Source: a virus
DNA length: 64,000 nucleotides
Reading direction: 5' to 3' (one strand)
IMG/VR virus record: IMGVR_UViG_3300045282_000084
Location: 15,347-79,346 of that record
Shown: positions 1-9,976 of the stretch, in pieces
Layout: each line of letters begins with the position of its first letter
How positions within the stretch are numbered: the first letter of the stretch is position 1
Notes under the pieces: generated by a model
The model's input: the letters and a program-made list of their open reading frames with translations, nothing else
Database searches by the model: none
Told to the model about the DNA's origin: nothing
Program-made: the position numbers and the translations under genes

Positions 1-2
1 CC

Positions 3-3000
3 ATCTCCGTCACAGACCTGCTCGCGCGCGCACAGCTTCGCAGCCTGCTCGACACGATCTCGATCACCGACGCCCTGGTTGTCCTGGCCAAGCGCGGGCT
101 GACCGACACGATCGCCGTCACTGACGCGCTGGCGCTGAGAGTCGGACGCCCGCTCACCGACACCATCTCCATCACCGATTCCCTCGCGCGGCGAACGACG
201 AGGCCCATAGCCGACACGATCTCGGTTACCGATGCGCTGGTACCAAGACGGTACCGGCTGCTCGCAGACTCGATCACTGGCGGCGGCGCGGGGACGACGC
301 CCACAGTCCGCTCGTCCAACGTGGCCGCATCGAGCGCCACCACGACCCTGAGCTTCTCCTCGCTGCCAAGTGGGGCCGCGGTGGGCGACATCTTGATGGT
401 GCACGTCTCGGCCGTGCTCGGCTCCTCGGACATCACCTGCACCACCTCCAACCTTACGCGCTCGGTGATCACGAACGACTCCACCACCCTGCGCAGCGCG
501 GTCTTCTGGCGAACGCTCACCTCCGGCGACATCTCCTCGCCGCCCACCATGAGCTTCTCGGGACCGAGCGCCACAGGCATGCACCTGAATGCCATGTGCG
601 TGGTCGGGGCTGATCCCACCACGCCGGTAGCCAACACCGCCTCTGGGGCTTCGTCGGGCACCAGGGCCAGGGACATCACCATCGGTGGCAACACGGGGGA
701 AGCTGCGGGCGAACTCGTGCTGGCTCTGATCGGGTCGAACTCCTCGCCCGTGCCGTGGGCGACCAACAACATCGTCGGCGCGCCGCTGGCAATGATCACG
801 TCGGAACAGGTGCCTGGCGGCATGGTGGACTCGACTTCACAAGCCCGTGTCGAGACGGCGATCGGCTTCAAGACTCCGATTGGGCATAGCTGGTACCAGT
901 GGGACATGTCGGCTTACACCTTCCCGGAGGCTGGGGGTTCGGGGACTGGTGTCACCAGCGACTACGAGAACAATCGCCTCAGCAGCATCTCGTGGCCCTC
1001 GGAGCAGACCTGGCCTGGTGGGCAGAACGCGACCGTCGTCTCCCCTAACGCGCCATCTGGCGACACCAGCCCGAGCTACTGGCTCCAATATCTCGCCCAG
1101 GGCAACTACGACGCGCTGATCTACGCCTTCATGGCGAAGCTGCGGACGTGGGGCCGTGCGGTCGTGTTCCGCCCCTTCTGCGAGATGAATGGTGGTGACC
1201 ACCCCTGGGAGGTTGCCTGGGAGACACATGTCCACCGTGCGACCGACGCCGAACATGCGACCTACTTGAAGCTGGCGTGGCAGCGCGTGTTCCTGATCGC
1301 CAAGGGCACCGACGCGGAGTTGGCATCTGCGGGCATGTTGAGCGCAGGTGGATTCACCACCAGCTCGCTTGCCTACACCCAGAACAGCGGTCACTCAGCC
1401 GATGCGCAGAACGTGTTCTTTCACTGGAACCCGCAGGCGTTCGAGACCTCGACCACGAACCGTTGGGATGACTACTGGCCCGGAACGACGCCGAGCGGTC
1501 GGGCGTACGTGGACTTCGCAGGTGTCGAGCTGTACATCTCAACTGGGGGCACGTGGTCGTCAACGCTGAATCAGCTACTGCATTCCACAACGGTCAACTC
1601 TGGGCGAACACATAACTCCCTGTATGACCACTACATCCCATTGACGAATCTCAACGGCGGTGGATCGGGCGAGACTGGCTACCGGTACAAGTCGAGTGAG
1701 GCTTCGACCGCCGCCGCCATCGCTCGCATCAACAGCATCTTCGACGGCACCAACGGTCTGGCGTTCAACCCTCTGTGGCGATTCCTCGGCTACTGGGATG
1801 GTGGGTTGGAGACTGGGACAAACGGTGACTCCCACGTCGATAACACCGGCCACTCGGACATCAGAACCGCGATCACCACTATCCTGGCCACCGGCTACCT
1901 GCGGCCGGTGCTGACCGACACGATGCTGTCTGCCCCTTCGGGGTGGACGCTTGGAAAGCAAGCTCGGCGCTCTCTCGATACCGGGAGTACGAGCGCACAC
2001 ACGAACGGTGGCCCAGGCGAGGTTGGCTCAATCGTGCTGTGGGCGAGCGCTCCGATCGCGTCAGCCACAGCGAGCACGGTTGGGTACGGCAACTACACGT
2101 CGCTGTCGTTACTGGTTTCTCCGATCTCAGTTGCGGGGATTTCCGACACCATCTCCTTCACCGTGCGGCCAACGGTTCCGCTGGTGGACACCATCACCAT
2201 CACGGAGTCGATCCAGCTCCGCACCGCGTACAAGATCGCGGACACGATCTCCATCAGCGACTCTCTCGCTCGCGCGCAGCCCCGAGCCCTCGCCGACACG
2301 ATCTCGATCACCGATGCGATCAAGCGCCGGATCACGCCGCTGCTCACCGACATTGGTGCCTTCCCGAACCTGCTGCTGCCTGGCGGCACGGTGCTCCCTG
2401 GCGGCGGGGTCGTTGCTACCGACTGCGACACGCTGGCCGTCACGGTCAGACGGTTCCTGGCTGACACGATCTCGGTCTCTGACTCGCTGGTGCGCAAGCC
2501 GACTCGCGCGCTCATCGACACCATCGCCGTCAGCGACAGCCTGGTCAAGTACGCCGCGAAGCTGCTGGCCGACACCATCGCGGTCTCCGACTCTCTGGCG
2601 CGACGGGTCACCAGGCCACTCGCCGACACCATCGCGATCTCCGACGCTCTGGCAAAGGGCACCTTGCTGCACCTGTCCGAGACCATCTCCGTCTCGGACA
2701 CACTCGCCAGCCTTCGGGTCAGGCCGATCACCGACACGATCTCGATCACCGAGAACCTGGCAACGTCGGCTTCGGGTCACAAGAGCGTCACGCTGTCAGA
2801 CACGATCTCGGTCAGCGACGCGTTGGCACTGCGGACCACCCGTCTGTTCGCCGACTCCATCTCAATCACCGACAACCTGACGGCCGTAGCCGGTCACAGG
2901 CAGGTCGCCCTTGCCGACACGATCGCCGTCTCTGATTTGCTCGCCCGCAAGGGTGCGCCTCAACTGACCGACACGATTGCTGTCGGCACCGATCAGACCC

Positions 3001-5267
3001 TTGGCGCCGACACATTCTCTCGCACCGTACCCGTAGGTCTCGGCATAGCGGACTCTGGTCAGAGCTACGGCACCTTCGGTTCAGGAATCAGTGTCGGCTC
3101 TGGGGTGGCCTCGATCCCATTCGCTGCGAACACCGGCATCGGCGGCTACATGGTCGGGCCAAACTCGAAGAACACTGGCGCGCTGATGAAGATGGGCTTC
3201 ACGGCGCTGCCGGACGATATCGCAAGCTCCTTCCTGCTTCTGCGCCTCGACTCAGGATTCACCCACTACTACAACGCTCACCTGTACCTGACGCCAGGTG
3301 GCCAGGTCGTCCTGAGTCGCACCATCTTCACGCCGTCTGGCTCTTTTGACGCAGGCACGAGCGACATCACCATCGATGCCTCGTGGGTGAACACGCAGGC
3401 GTACTGGCTGAGGTTCGAGGCTTTGGGCACAACCCTGCGCTGGAAGGCGTGGAAGGACGGGTCGAGTGAGCCGCACGCTTGGTCGTTCGTGACGGTGGAT
3501 GGCAGCGTGTCCGCATCAGGCACGGTTGGCTTCCAGACCTTCGCGAATGCGGGCCTGACGGCGAGCGTTCAGGGCACCTTCGATCAGCTCAGTTTCTACA
3601 GCCCCGGCGATTGGATCACCACCGCTCTGCCCAGCCGCCATCTGCCGCTCGTTGACACCATCTCGATCAGCGACCGGCTCCAGCACCACGTTCTGGGCAC
3701 GAGCATCACAGCGGCACAGACGACCGATCCTCACTACGCGCCGATCGTCCTGCGCTCGTTCCAGTCGGTGACCCCGGAGTACGAGATGCAGTGGGGGCAG
3801 GTGGAGCCTTCGCAGGGCACGTTCTTCTGGACGAACGTTGACACGATCACCGCCTGGGCGGTGGCCAATCGCAAGCAAGTGAGGGGCCACACACTGATCT
3901 GGGACGGCGGTGGCGACCCGGCGATGATGCCGCCCTGGGTCACGGGCGGATCATGGACATCGACCACGCTCAAGGCTGCCCTCCAGGCTCACATCAACGC
4001 TGTCGTCGGCCGCTACAAGGGCGTGGTTCGGGTCTGGCATGTGGTCAACGAGGCATTCGAGGACGACGGTTCACGCACGAACTGGATCTTCCAGAACGTC
4101 ATCGGAGACTCGTGGATCGAGCTTGCATTCCAGTACGCCTATGCCGCTGACCCGACCGCAAAGCTGCTCTACAACGACTATGGCGACGACTGGGGCTACT
4201 ACAGCCTGAATCCGAAATACAACGCCATCCTGGCGATGGCGACTGACTTTGTGAATCGTGGCATTCCGATTCACGGCATCGGCTTCCAGGGCCATTACGA
4301 CCTCCAGTACACCGATTATCCCGACCCAGCCGATCTGACGGGGGTTCTTTCAACCTACGCCGCCCTCGGTCTTGAAGTTCATCTGACCGAGCTGGATTGT
4401 CGCATCGACAACGTGGCTGACCCGATGGCGACCAGACTCACTAACCAGGCCACCGTGTACAGAAACGCCAGGAACGGCTTGGTTGGTGCGCAGGGCGATT
4501 ACATCAACATCTGGGGCATCTCCGACGCGACCAACTGGCTTGGTCCCACGGCCGCGTCAGCCCCACTCGACACCCGCTACATCGAGAAGCCAGCGTGGAG
4601 GCAGATCAACGACTTCGTTGAGCCCGCCACCTTCTACCCAGGGTTGACCGACACGATCTCGGTGTCAGACGCGCTGACGACGAAGCGCACGCACGCTTTG
4701 GCCGATGCGATCTCGATCAGCGATGCGCTGTCGGTCAGGCACCCGCGCACCCTGGCTGACTCGATCTCTGTCACTGACTCCTTGCGCCGCACTCCTGGGC
4801 CGCGGTTGGCCGACACGATCGTGATCTCCGACAGCCTGCGCGCGCAGGTCGGCAAACGGAATCTTGCCGACGCGATCAGCGTCTCTGACGCGCTCAATGT
4901 CGGCCCAGCGCGCCGTCTGAACGACAGCCTCAGCGTCACGGACAGCCTCAAGTCGCTCCGCATCCGTCGCCTTGACGACACCATCGCCATCAGCGATCGG
5001 ATCAAGGGTCAGCAGATCCTTCACGACGGCTTCCAGGTCAGTGACCTGCTCACGTTCGTAGGCACGTTCCTCGAACTCCAGGCGTTCTTCACTCTGCGCG
5101 ATTTTGCTGCCGTGCGCTTCCTGACCGCCGATTTCGCAGCCGTGGGCTTCACATCGATCACCCGCCGCTTCGCCCGTTCGACCACAGCGGAGAAGCTGGT
5201 CGGCTTCACCAGTCGGGACTTCCGGGCGACCGACACCGTGCTGACCGAGGAACCGGATACAGTTTGA
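3..5267 (+). CDS. Giant virion fibre/decoration protein, 5' truncated: L-x-D-T-I-x-[IV]-[ST]-D repeat scaffold with inserted GH26-like, lectin-like and GH10 domains
   Basis: Frame is open from nt 3 (ISVTDLLARAQLRSLLDTISITDAL...), so the start is upstream of the window. About 25-30 repeats of ~17 aa. GH26-like FRPFCEMNG..YWPG..YVDFAG..GETG; GH10 VRGHTLIW, WHVVNEA, GIGFQGH, LTELD. Confidence 0.85.
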   Translation: MSVTDLLARAQLRSLLDTISITDALVVLAKRGLTDTIAVTDALALRVGRPLTDTISITDSLARRTTRPIADTISVTDALVPRRYRLLADSITGGGAGTTPTVRSSNVAASSATTTLSFSSLPSGAAVGDILMVHVSAVLGSSDITCTTSNLTRSVITNDSTTLRSAVFWRTLTSGDISSPPTMSFSGPSATGMHLNAMCVVGADPTTPVANTASGASSGTRARDITIGGNTGEAAGELVLALIGSNSSPVPWATNNIVGAPLAMITSEQVPGGMVDSTSQARVETAIGFKTPIGHSWYQWDMSAYTFPEAGGSGTGVTSDYENNRLSSISWPSEQTWPGGQNATVVSPNAPSGDTSPSYWLQYLAQGNYDALIYAFMAKLRTWGRAVVFRPFCEMNGGDHPWEVAWETHVHRATDAEHATYLKLAWQRVFLIAKGTDAELASAGMLSAGGFTTSSLAYTQNSGHSADAQNVFFHWNPQAFETSTTNRWDDYWPGTTPSGRAYVDFAGVELYISTGGTWSSTLNQLLHSTTVNSGRTHNSLYDHYIPLTNLNGGGSGETGYRYKSSEASTAAAIARINSIFDGTNGLAFNPLWRFLGYWDGGLETGTNGDSHVDNTGHSDIRTAITTILATGYLRPVLTDTMLSAPSGWTLGKQARRSLDTGSTSAHTNGGPGEVGSIVLWASAPIASATASTVGYGNYTSLSLLVSPISVAGISDTISFTVRPTVPLVDTITITESIQLRTAYKIADTISISDSLARAQPRALADTISITDAIKRRITPLLTDIGAFPNLLLPGGTVLPGGGVVATDCDTLAVTVRRFLADTISVSDSLVRKPTRALIDTIAVSDSLVKYAAKLLADTIAVSDSLARRVTRPLADTIAISDALAKGTLLHLSETISVSDTLASLRVRPITDTISITENLATSASGHKSVTLSDTISVSDALALRTTRLFADSISITDNLTAVAGHRQVALADTIAVSDLLARKGAPQLTDTIAVGTDQTLGADTFSRTVPVGLGIADSGQSYGTFGSGISVGSGVASIPFAANTGIGGYMVGPNSKNTGALMKMGFTALPDDIASSFLLLRLDSGFTHYYNAHLYLTPGGQVVLSRTIFTPSGSFDAGTSDITIDASWVNTQAYWLRFEALGTTLRWKAWKDGSSEPHAWSFVTVDGSVSASGTVGFQTFANAGLTASVQGTFDQLSFYSPGDWITTALPSRHLPLVDTISISDRLQHHVLGTSITAAQTTDPHYAPIVLRSFQSVTPEYEMQWGQVEPSQGTFFWTNVDTITAWAVANRKQVRGHTLIWDGGGDPAMMPPWVTGGSWTSTTLKAALQAHINAVVGRYKGVVRVWHVVNEAFEDDGSRTNWIFQNVIGDSWIELAFQYAYAADPTAKLLYNDYGDDWGYYSLNPKYNAILAMATDFVNRGIPIHGIGFQGHYDLQYTDYPDPADLTGVLSTYAALGLEVHLTELDCRIDNVADPMATRLTNQATVYRNARNGLVGAQGDYINIWGISDATNWLGPTAASAPLDTRYIEKPAWRQINDFVEPATFYPGLTDTISVSDALTTKRTHALADAISISDALSVRHPRTLADSISVTDSLRRTPGPRLADTIVISDSLRAQVGKRNLADAISVSDALNVGPARRLNDSLSVTDSLKSLRIRRLDDTIAISDRIKGQQILHDGFQVSDLLTFVGTFLELQAFFTLRDFAAVRFLTADFAAVGFTSITRRFARSTTAEKLVGFTSRDFRATDTVLTEEPDTV

Positions 5268-5270
5268 CCC

Positions 5271-5552
5271 ATGTCTGAGAACGTGTACGACAAGGGCGAT
5301 GAAGTGATTTTCCAGACGACGATCAAGGATCGCAACGGCATACTGATCGATCCTAGTGGCGTGCAGTTCTCGATCATCTTCCCCGACAAGACCTCGCAGA
5401 GCCCCACGCCCAGTCGCGATTCTCTCGGTATCTATGAGACCAAGGCCGTCTGCACGCAGGTCGGGCGGTACTTCTACAGATGGACGACCACGGGTGGGGA
5501 TTACATTGGCGCTGACGAGCGGAGTTTCTCAGTTCGTCCCAGCGCCTTCTGA
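5271..5552 (+). CDS. Small virion-associated beta-sandwich protein (hypothetical)
   Basis: Starts 3 nt after the fibre stop; beta-rich sequence (GIYE..GRYFYRW). Confidence 0.6.
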   Translation: MSENVYDKGDEVIFQTTIKDRNGILIDPSGVQFSIIFPDKTSQSPTPSRDSLGIYETKAVCTQVGRYFYRWTTTGGDYIGADERSFSVRPSAF

Positions 5553-5560
5553 TCTTCACC

Positions 5561-5589
5561 TTGCGATTCTTCCTGCTTAGAGGTACTAT
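5561..5589 (+). promoter_or_regulatory. Canonical sigma70/SigA-type promoter for the capsid operon
   Basis: TTGCGA-17 nt-TACTAT; AGGAGG SD before the GTG at 5738. Confidence 0.65.
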
Positions 5590-5737
5590 CGCGCCCAGCT
5601 AGACAAGCTCACTCCCGCCGTGCGTTCAGGTGCCTGGTCCAACCGGAACCCTTAGCAAGCGGCCCATCGGGTGAAGCGGTCGGAGATGTTGCGCACCCAT
5701 TGTGCGCCGCCGTGGCACCCGAATAGGAGGATGAGCA

Positions 5738-7324
5738 GTGGATCTTGAGGCCGTTCTCAAGCGCCTGACTGAGCTGGCAGAGAAGGCTGCTGCCGGTGAA
5801 AACGTGGATGAGGAGCGAAAGAAGCTGGAGGCAGAAAAGGCACGTCTCCAGCGTGAGGAGGACGAGCGCGCCGCCAAGGCCGCTGACGCAGAGGACACCA
5901 AGGGCCAGAAGGCCGACGACAACTCGAACGAGTCCGAGCTTGACCGGCTTCGTCGTGAGAAGCGCGAGCGCGATGAGCGCGAGTTCGTTCAGAGCGTCGT
6001 AGGCAAGGCGCTCGAAGTTGCTCGTGGAAATCAGGACGAGCAGCGCAAGCGGATGCAGTCTCTGGCCGAGGAGGAGCTTGCCAAGGCTCTCGGCGGTGGT
6101 GCACTTGACGAGACCGTGCGCGGTCTCCTCGCCTCGACCCGCACCGAGTCCCGCTTCATTGGCGCAGGTGGCGACGAGGATGTCGCCAAGGCCATCGCAG
6201 CGGGAGGCACAGTGGATCGAAACTACGCCGGGGGTACCCAGGTCGCCATCTCCAAGGGAGCAGAGGCGATCTTCAAGCGCAAGTCCCTGGCTGAGTTCAT
6301 GTCGATCGTCGCCCGCGCCTCGCGGCCAGCGATGGGCATCCTCAAGCCCGAGGAGAAGGAGTTCCTGGAGTGGTCGCAGAAGGCAGCCCTCGCAGAGGGC
6401 ACGACCACAGCCGGTGGGTTCCTGATCCACCCCGAGTGGATGCCTGACATCCTCGGCCTGCTCCGTGGCTGGGCGATCGTGCGTCAGGCCAATCCGCGTA
6501 TCGTGCCGTTCTCCAGGCTCATGAACCAGACGAGCATCTCGTCAGGCGCAACGGCCTTCTACACGGCAGAGAACGCGGTCATCTCGCCAAGCGGGATGAC
6601 GTTCAACGAGGCTCCGCTGCTGACGCCGCACAACCTGACGGCGCTGGTGCCAGTCTCCAACTACCTGCTCAACGACGCGGCTGCTGCCGAGGGCATCGTC
6701 CGCGACGACCTCGCCGTGGTCATGGGGCTGCGCGAGGATCTCGCGTTCATCCAGGGCGTCGGTACCGGCGGCGAGCCTCTGGGCCTGCGCAACATCTCCG
6801 GTATCACGCTGAACCCGCTGACGGTCGCCACCAACGGCATCGCCGTCAACCTCGTCAACATGCGCCAGATCAAGAACACCGTCCGCTCGATGAACGCGGT
6901 CGGCGCTCGCTGGGCCTGGTTCTTCAACCCGGCGCTGGTCTCGCATCTGGAGACTCTGACCGACTCGTTCGGCCGCTTCCTGGCGGACACGTCGATCCTC
7001 TCCTACGACGAGCCGAACCACAGCGGCACCCTCGACGGCGTACCGTTCTTCACCTCCAACCAGATCCCCATCAACCTGACGACCGGCACGTCTACGAACA
7101 CCACGTATCTGATGCTGGTGAACATGTCCGAGACGATCGTCGGAGCGAGCCAGGATCTGACCCTGGACGTGTCGAGCGAGGCGTCGTACACCACAGACGG
7201 TGGCACCACCTGGGTGTCCACTTTCCAGAACAACCAGACGCTGTTCCGGGCCGTGATGCGGCATGACATCAATCACCGCCGCCCGAACCAGATCATCGTG
7301 CAGACCGGGGTGATTGTCCCGTAA
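5738..7324 (+). CDS. Major capsid protein, HK97 fold, with N-terminal coiled-coil scaffolding (delta-like) domain
   Basis: GTTTAGGFLIHPE, EDLAFIQG.G.GEPLG, FQNNQTLFRAVMRHD motifs; E/K/R-rich N-terminus. Confidence 0.92.
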   Translation: MDLEAVLKRLTELAEKAAAGENVDEERKKLEAEKARLQREEDERAAKAADAEDTKGQKADDNSNESELDRLRREKRERDEREFVQSVVGKALEVARGNQDEQRKRMQSLAEEELAKALGGGALDETVRGLLASTRTESRFIGAGGDEDVAKAIAAGGTVDRNYAGGTQVAISKGAEAIFKRKSLAEFMSIVARASRPAMGILKPEEKEFLEWSQKAALAEGTTTAGGFLIHPEWMPDILGLLRGWAIVRQANPRIVPFSRLMNQTSISSGATAFYTAENAVISPSGMTFNEAPLLTPHNLTALVPVSNYLLNDAAAAEGIVRDDLAVVMGLREDLAFIQGVGTGGEPLGLRNISGITLNPLTVATNGIAVNLVNMRQIKNTVRSMNAVGARWAWFFNPALVSHLETLTDSFGRFLADTSILSYDEPNHSGTLDGVPFFTSNQIPINLTTGTSTNTTYLMLVNMSETIVGASQDLTLDVSSEASYTTDGGTTWVSTFQNNQTLFRAVMRHDINHRRPNQIIVQTGVIVP

Positions 7325-7914
7325 TGTCCGACGTACCGGAAGGGGCCGTCCCATTCCTATGGGCGCGAGCCTATGACAGCCTGGGACGCCCCCTACCGGC
7401 AACACGTGCAGAACTTGAACTCACCCGAGGAGGAACAGGAACCATGAGGCTGATTGGAACTGGGAAGGACCCCCGTTACCCAAAGGGTCTGGTCTTCGAC
7501 TCTGCCGAGGACACCCGCGAGTGCAAGTCGCTCGTGGACGCGGGCTGGGCGACCGTTGGTGAGCACGACGGTGAGGCTCCTGGCTACTTCGGCGATCAGC
7601 GCACAGTCGAGATCGCACAGGCAGCAGTTCGCGGTGACACCCTTTCGCTTCCGCACGAGGCTGAGGTCGCCGAGAAGATCGCGGGCAACGAGCATGCGAT
7701 CGTTCACACCGACAACGCCAGCGCCACGGTCGGCGACGACGTGGCCGAGGCAGAGAAGGCACGCAAGGTGGGCCACCTGGGTGCAGAGGGCGGGCCGCAG
7801 AAGACGCACAAGCGGCAGTCCGAGCCGATCGAGACCGACACGCCGGTCGAGCGGACGACGCACCATCGCTCGGCGAAGGAGACCGCGCGCGGAGCGGCAC
7901 CTGCGGGGGAGTGA
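7324..7914 (+). CDS. Hypothetical head-associated protein
   Basis: Coupled to the capsid stop (TAATG); synteny. Confidence 0.6.
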   Translation: MSDVPEGAVPFLWARAYDSLGRPLPATRAELELTRGGTGTMRLIGTGKDPRYPKGLVFDSAEDTRECKSLVDAGWATVGEHDGEAPGYFGDQRTVEIAQAAVRGDTLSLPHEAEVAEKIAGNEHAIVHTDNASATVGDDVAEAEKARKVGHLGAEGGPQKTHKRQSEPIETDTPVERTTHHRSAKETARGAAPAGE

Positions 7915-8502
7915 GTGGCGGCGCTCTACACGGATACGCCGACCCTCAAGTCCTACTTGTCGAAGGACTCACGGACGGTGGACGACGCATGGTTGGGCAT
8001 CCTGCTCGACTGTGCGGAGTCCACCGTCCGCAGGATGACGGGGCACAACTTCGGCCTCATTGAGACCGGAGTATCGAAGGTCTACTCGACCCTGGGCAAG
8101 AATCGCGTCCGAGTGGTGGACGCGCAGAACGTGACACAGGTGATCTTGGCTGGGTCGAACATCCTCCCCAACTATTGGATGCTCGACACCGGCATGATGG
8201 GAGAACCCGCACAGTGGATCTATATCTTCGCTCCAATCTCGGTCACCTACTCAGCCCTGGGGTTCTTCGCCAACGGGCTAAACGACCTGACCGTGAAGGG
8301 CGACTTCGGCTGGAGCCCTCCGCCAGCCGACATCACCGACGCCACCTACGTGCTGGCGGCTCGGTACCACAAGGAGCGCGGTCATGAGTACAGCGATGCG
8401 GTGCAGACCGAGGCTGGGCTCATGACCTACTACAAGCAGTTGCCGGGTCGCGTTCAGGCAGCCCTGAGCGCGGTCAAGGTTCCGAACATCGTGCTGGTGT
8501 GA
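7915..8502 (+). CDS. Head-tail connector/adaptor (gp6/gp15-like)
   Basis: LKSYL..DDAWL..LLDCAES.V..MTG; FGW..PADITDA..LAARY; synteny. Confidence 0.75.
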   Translation: MAALYTDTPTLKSYLSKDSRTVDDAWLGILLDCAESTVRRMTGHNFGLIETGVSKVYSTLGKNRVRVVDAQNVTQVILAGSNILPNYWMLDTGMMGEPAQWIYIFAPISVTYSALGFFANGLNDLTVKGDFGWSPPPADITDATYVLAARYHKERGHEYSDAVQTEAGLMTYYKQLPGRVQAALSAVKVPNIVLV

Positions 8503-9107
8503 TGGACATTGTTCCTGATGGATACCGGGTAACCGCCCGCGTCTTCGGGCCTCGGATGCTGACCCCCGAGGAGACGAACGCGATCTTCATGGGAGAGGCC
8601 GAGGACATGCTGTACACCGAGGCACATGTTGGCGCGGAGGCGTGGCGCAGGATGGCCCGCCGCCGCAAGCGCACGGGCCACTACGCCGACAGCATCGACA
8701 TTGTGAACGTGCACCCGGCTGCCCGCTCGATCGGGATCGACTTTGGCTCCACCCTCTCCTACGCGCACCTGCTCGAAGAAGGTCACGCAGGCAGCGAGGC
8801 CAGCGGAAGGGCGCTGGGCAACTCCAAGCGACCCTGGCCCGACAAGAGGGGGCTGACTCAGGGCTTGAACACGAGTTCCCGCCGTATCAGTCGGCGTAGT
8901 GTAGGCAGAGTCACGCCCGGCAGCTCTCGCATGGATGCGGGCAGGGTGTTCCGAAAGACCTCTGGCCCTGCGAAGCCAGCCCGGTTTATGGATCGCGTGC
9001 AGGCTGAGGTTGAGCCCCAACTACGTCTGGCTGTCAGAGCCTCGGGCCGCGAGATCCGCAACAGAATCGTGGCCGACCTGAACGCTCACTCGGAGTTCAC
9101 GGTATGA
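8499..9107 (+). CDS. Neck/tail-completion protein (HK97 gp10-like)
   Basis: RTGHYADSI..YAHLLEEG..PARFMDR pattern; synteny. Confidence 0.65.
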   Translation: MMDIVPDGYRVTARVFGPRMLTPEETNAIFMGEAEDMLYTEAHVGAEAWRRMARRRKRTGHYADSIDIVNVHPAARSIGIDFGSTLSYAHLLEEGHAGSEASGRALGNSKRPWPDKRGLTQGLNTSSRRISRRSVGRVTPGSSRMDAGRVFRKTSGPAKPARFMDRVQAEVEPQLRLAVRASGREIRNRIVADLNAHSEFTV

Positions 9108-9580
9108 GTGCGCCAGCGACGATCGCGACCCCTGGGAGCTTGGTGTCGCTGATGAGCGGCTACCTTAGCCTGCTGGGCACGGTCAACGACAGCCTGCCCG
9201 AAGATTACACTCCTCTGAGCATTTACCGGTGGCGACCGAGGAACCCCGATTGGCCCGGAATCTACAACTGGATTTTCACCCCAGGCACCTTTCAGCAGAC
9301 GGACCTTGCGCGCTGGGTGGACTTCCTGGATGTGGCCACGAGGATCATGGTCTACCCCACCGACGAGTACGAGGAGTCGGACGCCCTGGAGGTGTACGCC
9401 GACGCCTTCCGCAACGTCGTGGACTTCGGCTTCCGCTCGAACAACGGAATGCCCTTGGGCGGCGTAGCCACCGAGGCTCACCGCACGGGCATGCGGATCA
9501 TCACCGACACGTGGGACAGAGAGTATCTGGGGATCGAGTTTCCGATCCGCTTCAAGCTGGCCCGAATCGTGCATGACTAG
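9104..9580 (+). CDS. Putative tail terminator
   Basis: Size and position before the major tail gene. Confidence 0.5.
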   Translation: MSAPATIATPGSLVSLMSGYLSLLGTVNDSLPEDYTPLSIYRWRPRNPDWPGIYNWIFTPGTFQQTDLARWVDFLDVATRIMVYPTDEYEESDALEVYADAFRNVVDFGFRSNNGMPLGGVATEAHRTGMRIITDTWDREYLGIEFPIRFKLARIVHD

Positions 9581-9589
9581 GAGGAGCTG

Positions 9590-9976
9590 ATGGAACGGAT
9601 CTTCAAGACCCCGGAGGACTCGCACGATGCGGTCGAGATCGTGGGCGTCGGGGTTGTCCCTGCCTATGGCAAGGGGGGCATCCTCGTCTCCCGCGTCGAG
9701 CTTCCAGAACTCGGTAAGGTCGAGGGCAAGGAGCGCGACGAGGCGGTCAAGGTGTGGGCCGAGAGTCGCGGCCTGGTCGTCATGGACGCCAAGAAGGCCG
9801 AGATGGACGCACTCGAACCACCCGAAAACGAACTCTACTCAGTGGGGCGCGAAGCCTACATGAAGCTGTTCCCCAACGATCAGACCACCGTCGCTACGGT
9901 GGTAGAGGAGGTTCAGCCCGCGCCGCCTCAGAAGGCTGATCTCACGTCGAGTGAGGCGAAGGGAGGCTCCAAGTGA
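9590..9976 (+). CDS. Hypothetical protein
   Basis: AGGAGG SD; coupled to the next gene. Confidence 0.6.
   Translation: MERIFKTPEDSHDAVEIVGVGVVPAYGKGGILVSRVELPELGKVEGKERDEAVKVWAESRGLVVMDAKKAEMDALEPPENELYSVGREAYMKLFPNDQTTVATVVEEVQPAPPQKADLTSSEAKGGSK

Noticed and set aside
1-5050. CRISPR-like or DGR repeats from recurring GACACGATCTCG sequences
   Set aside because: The repeats are in-frame coding repeats with synonymous variation; no cas or reverse transcriptase gene and no adenine-specific TR/VR pair seen.
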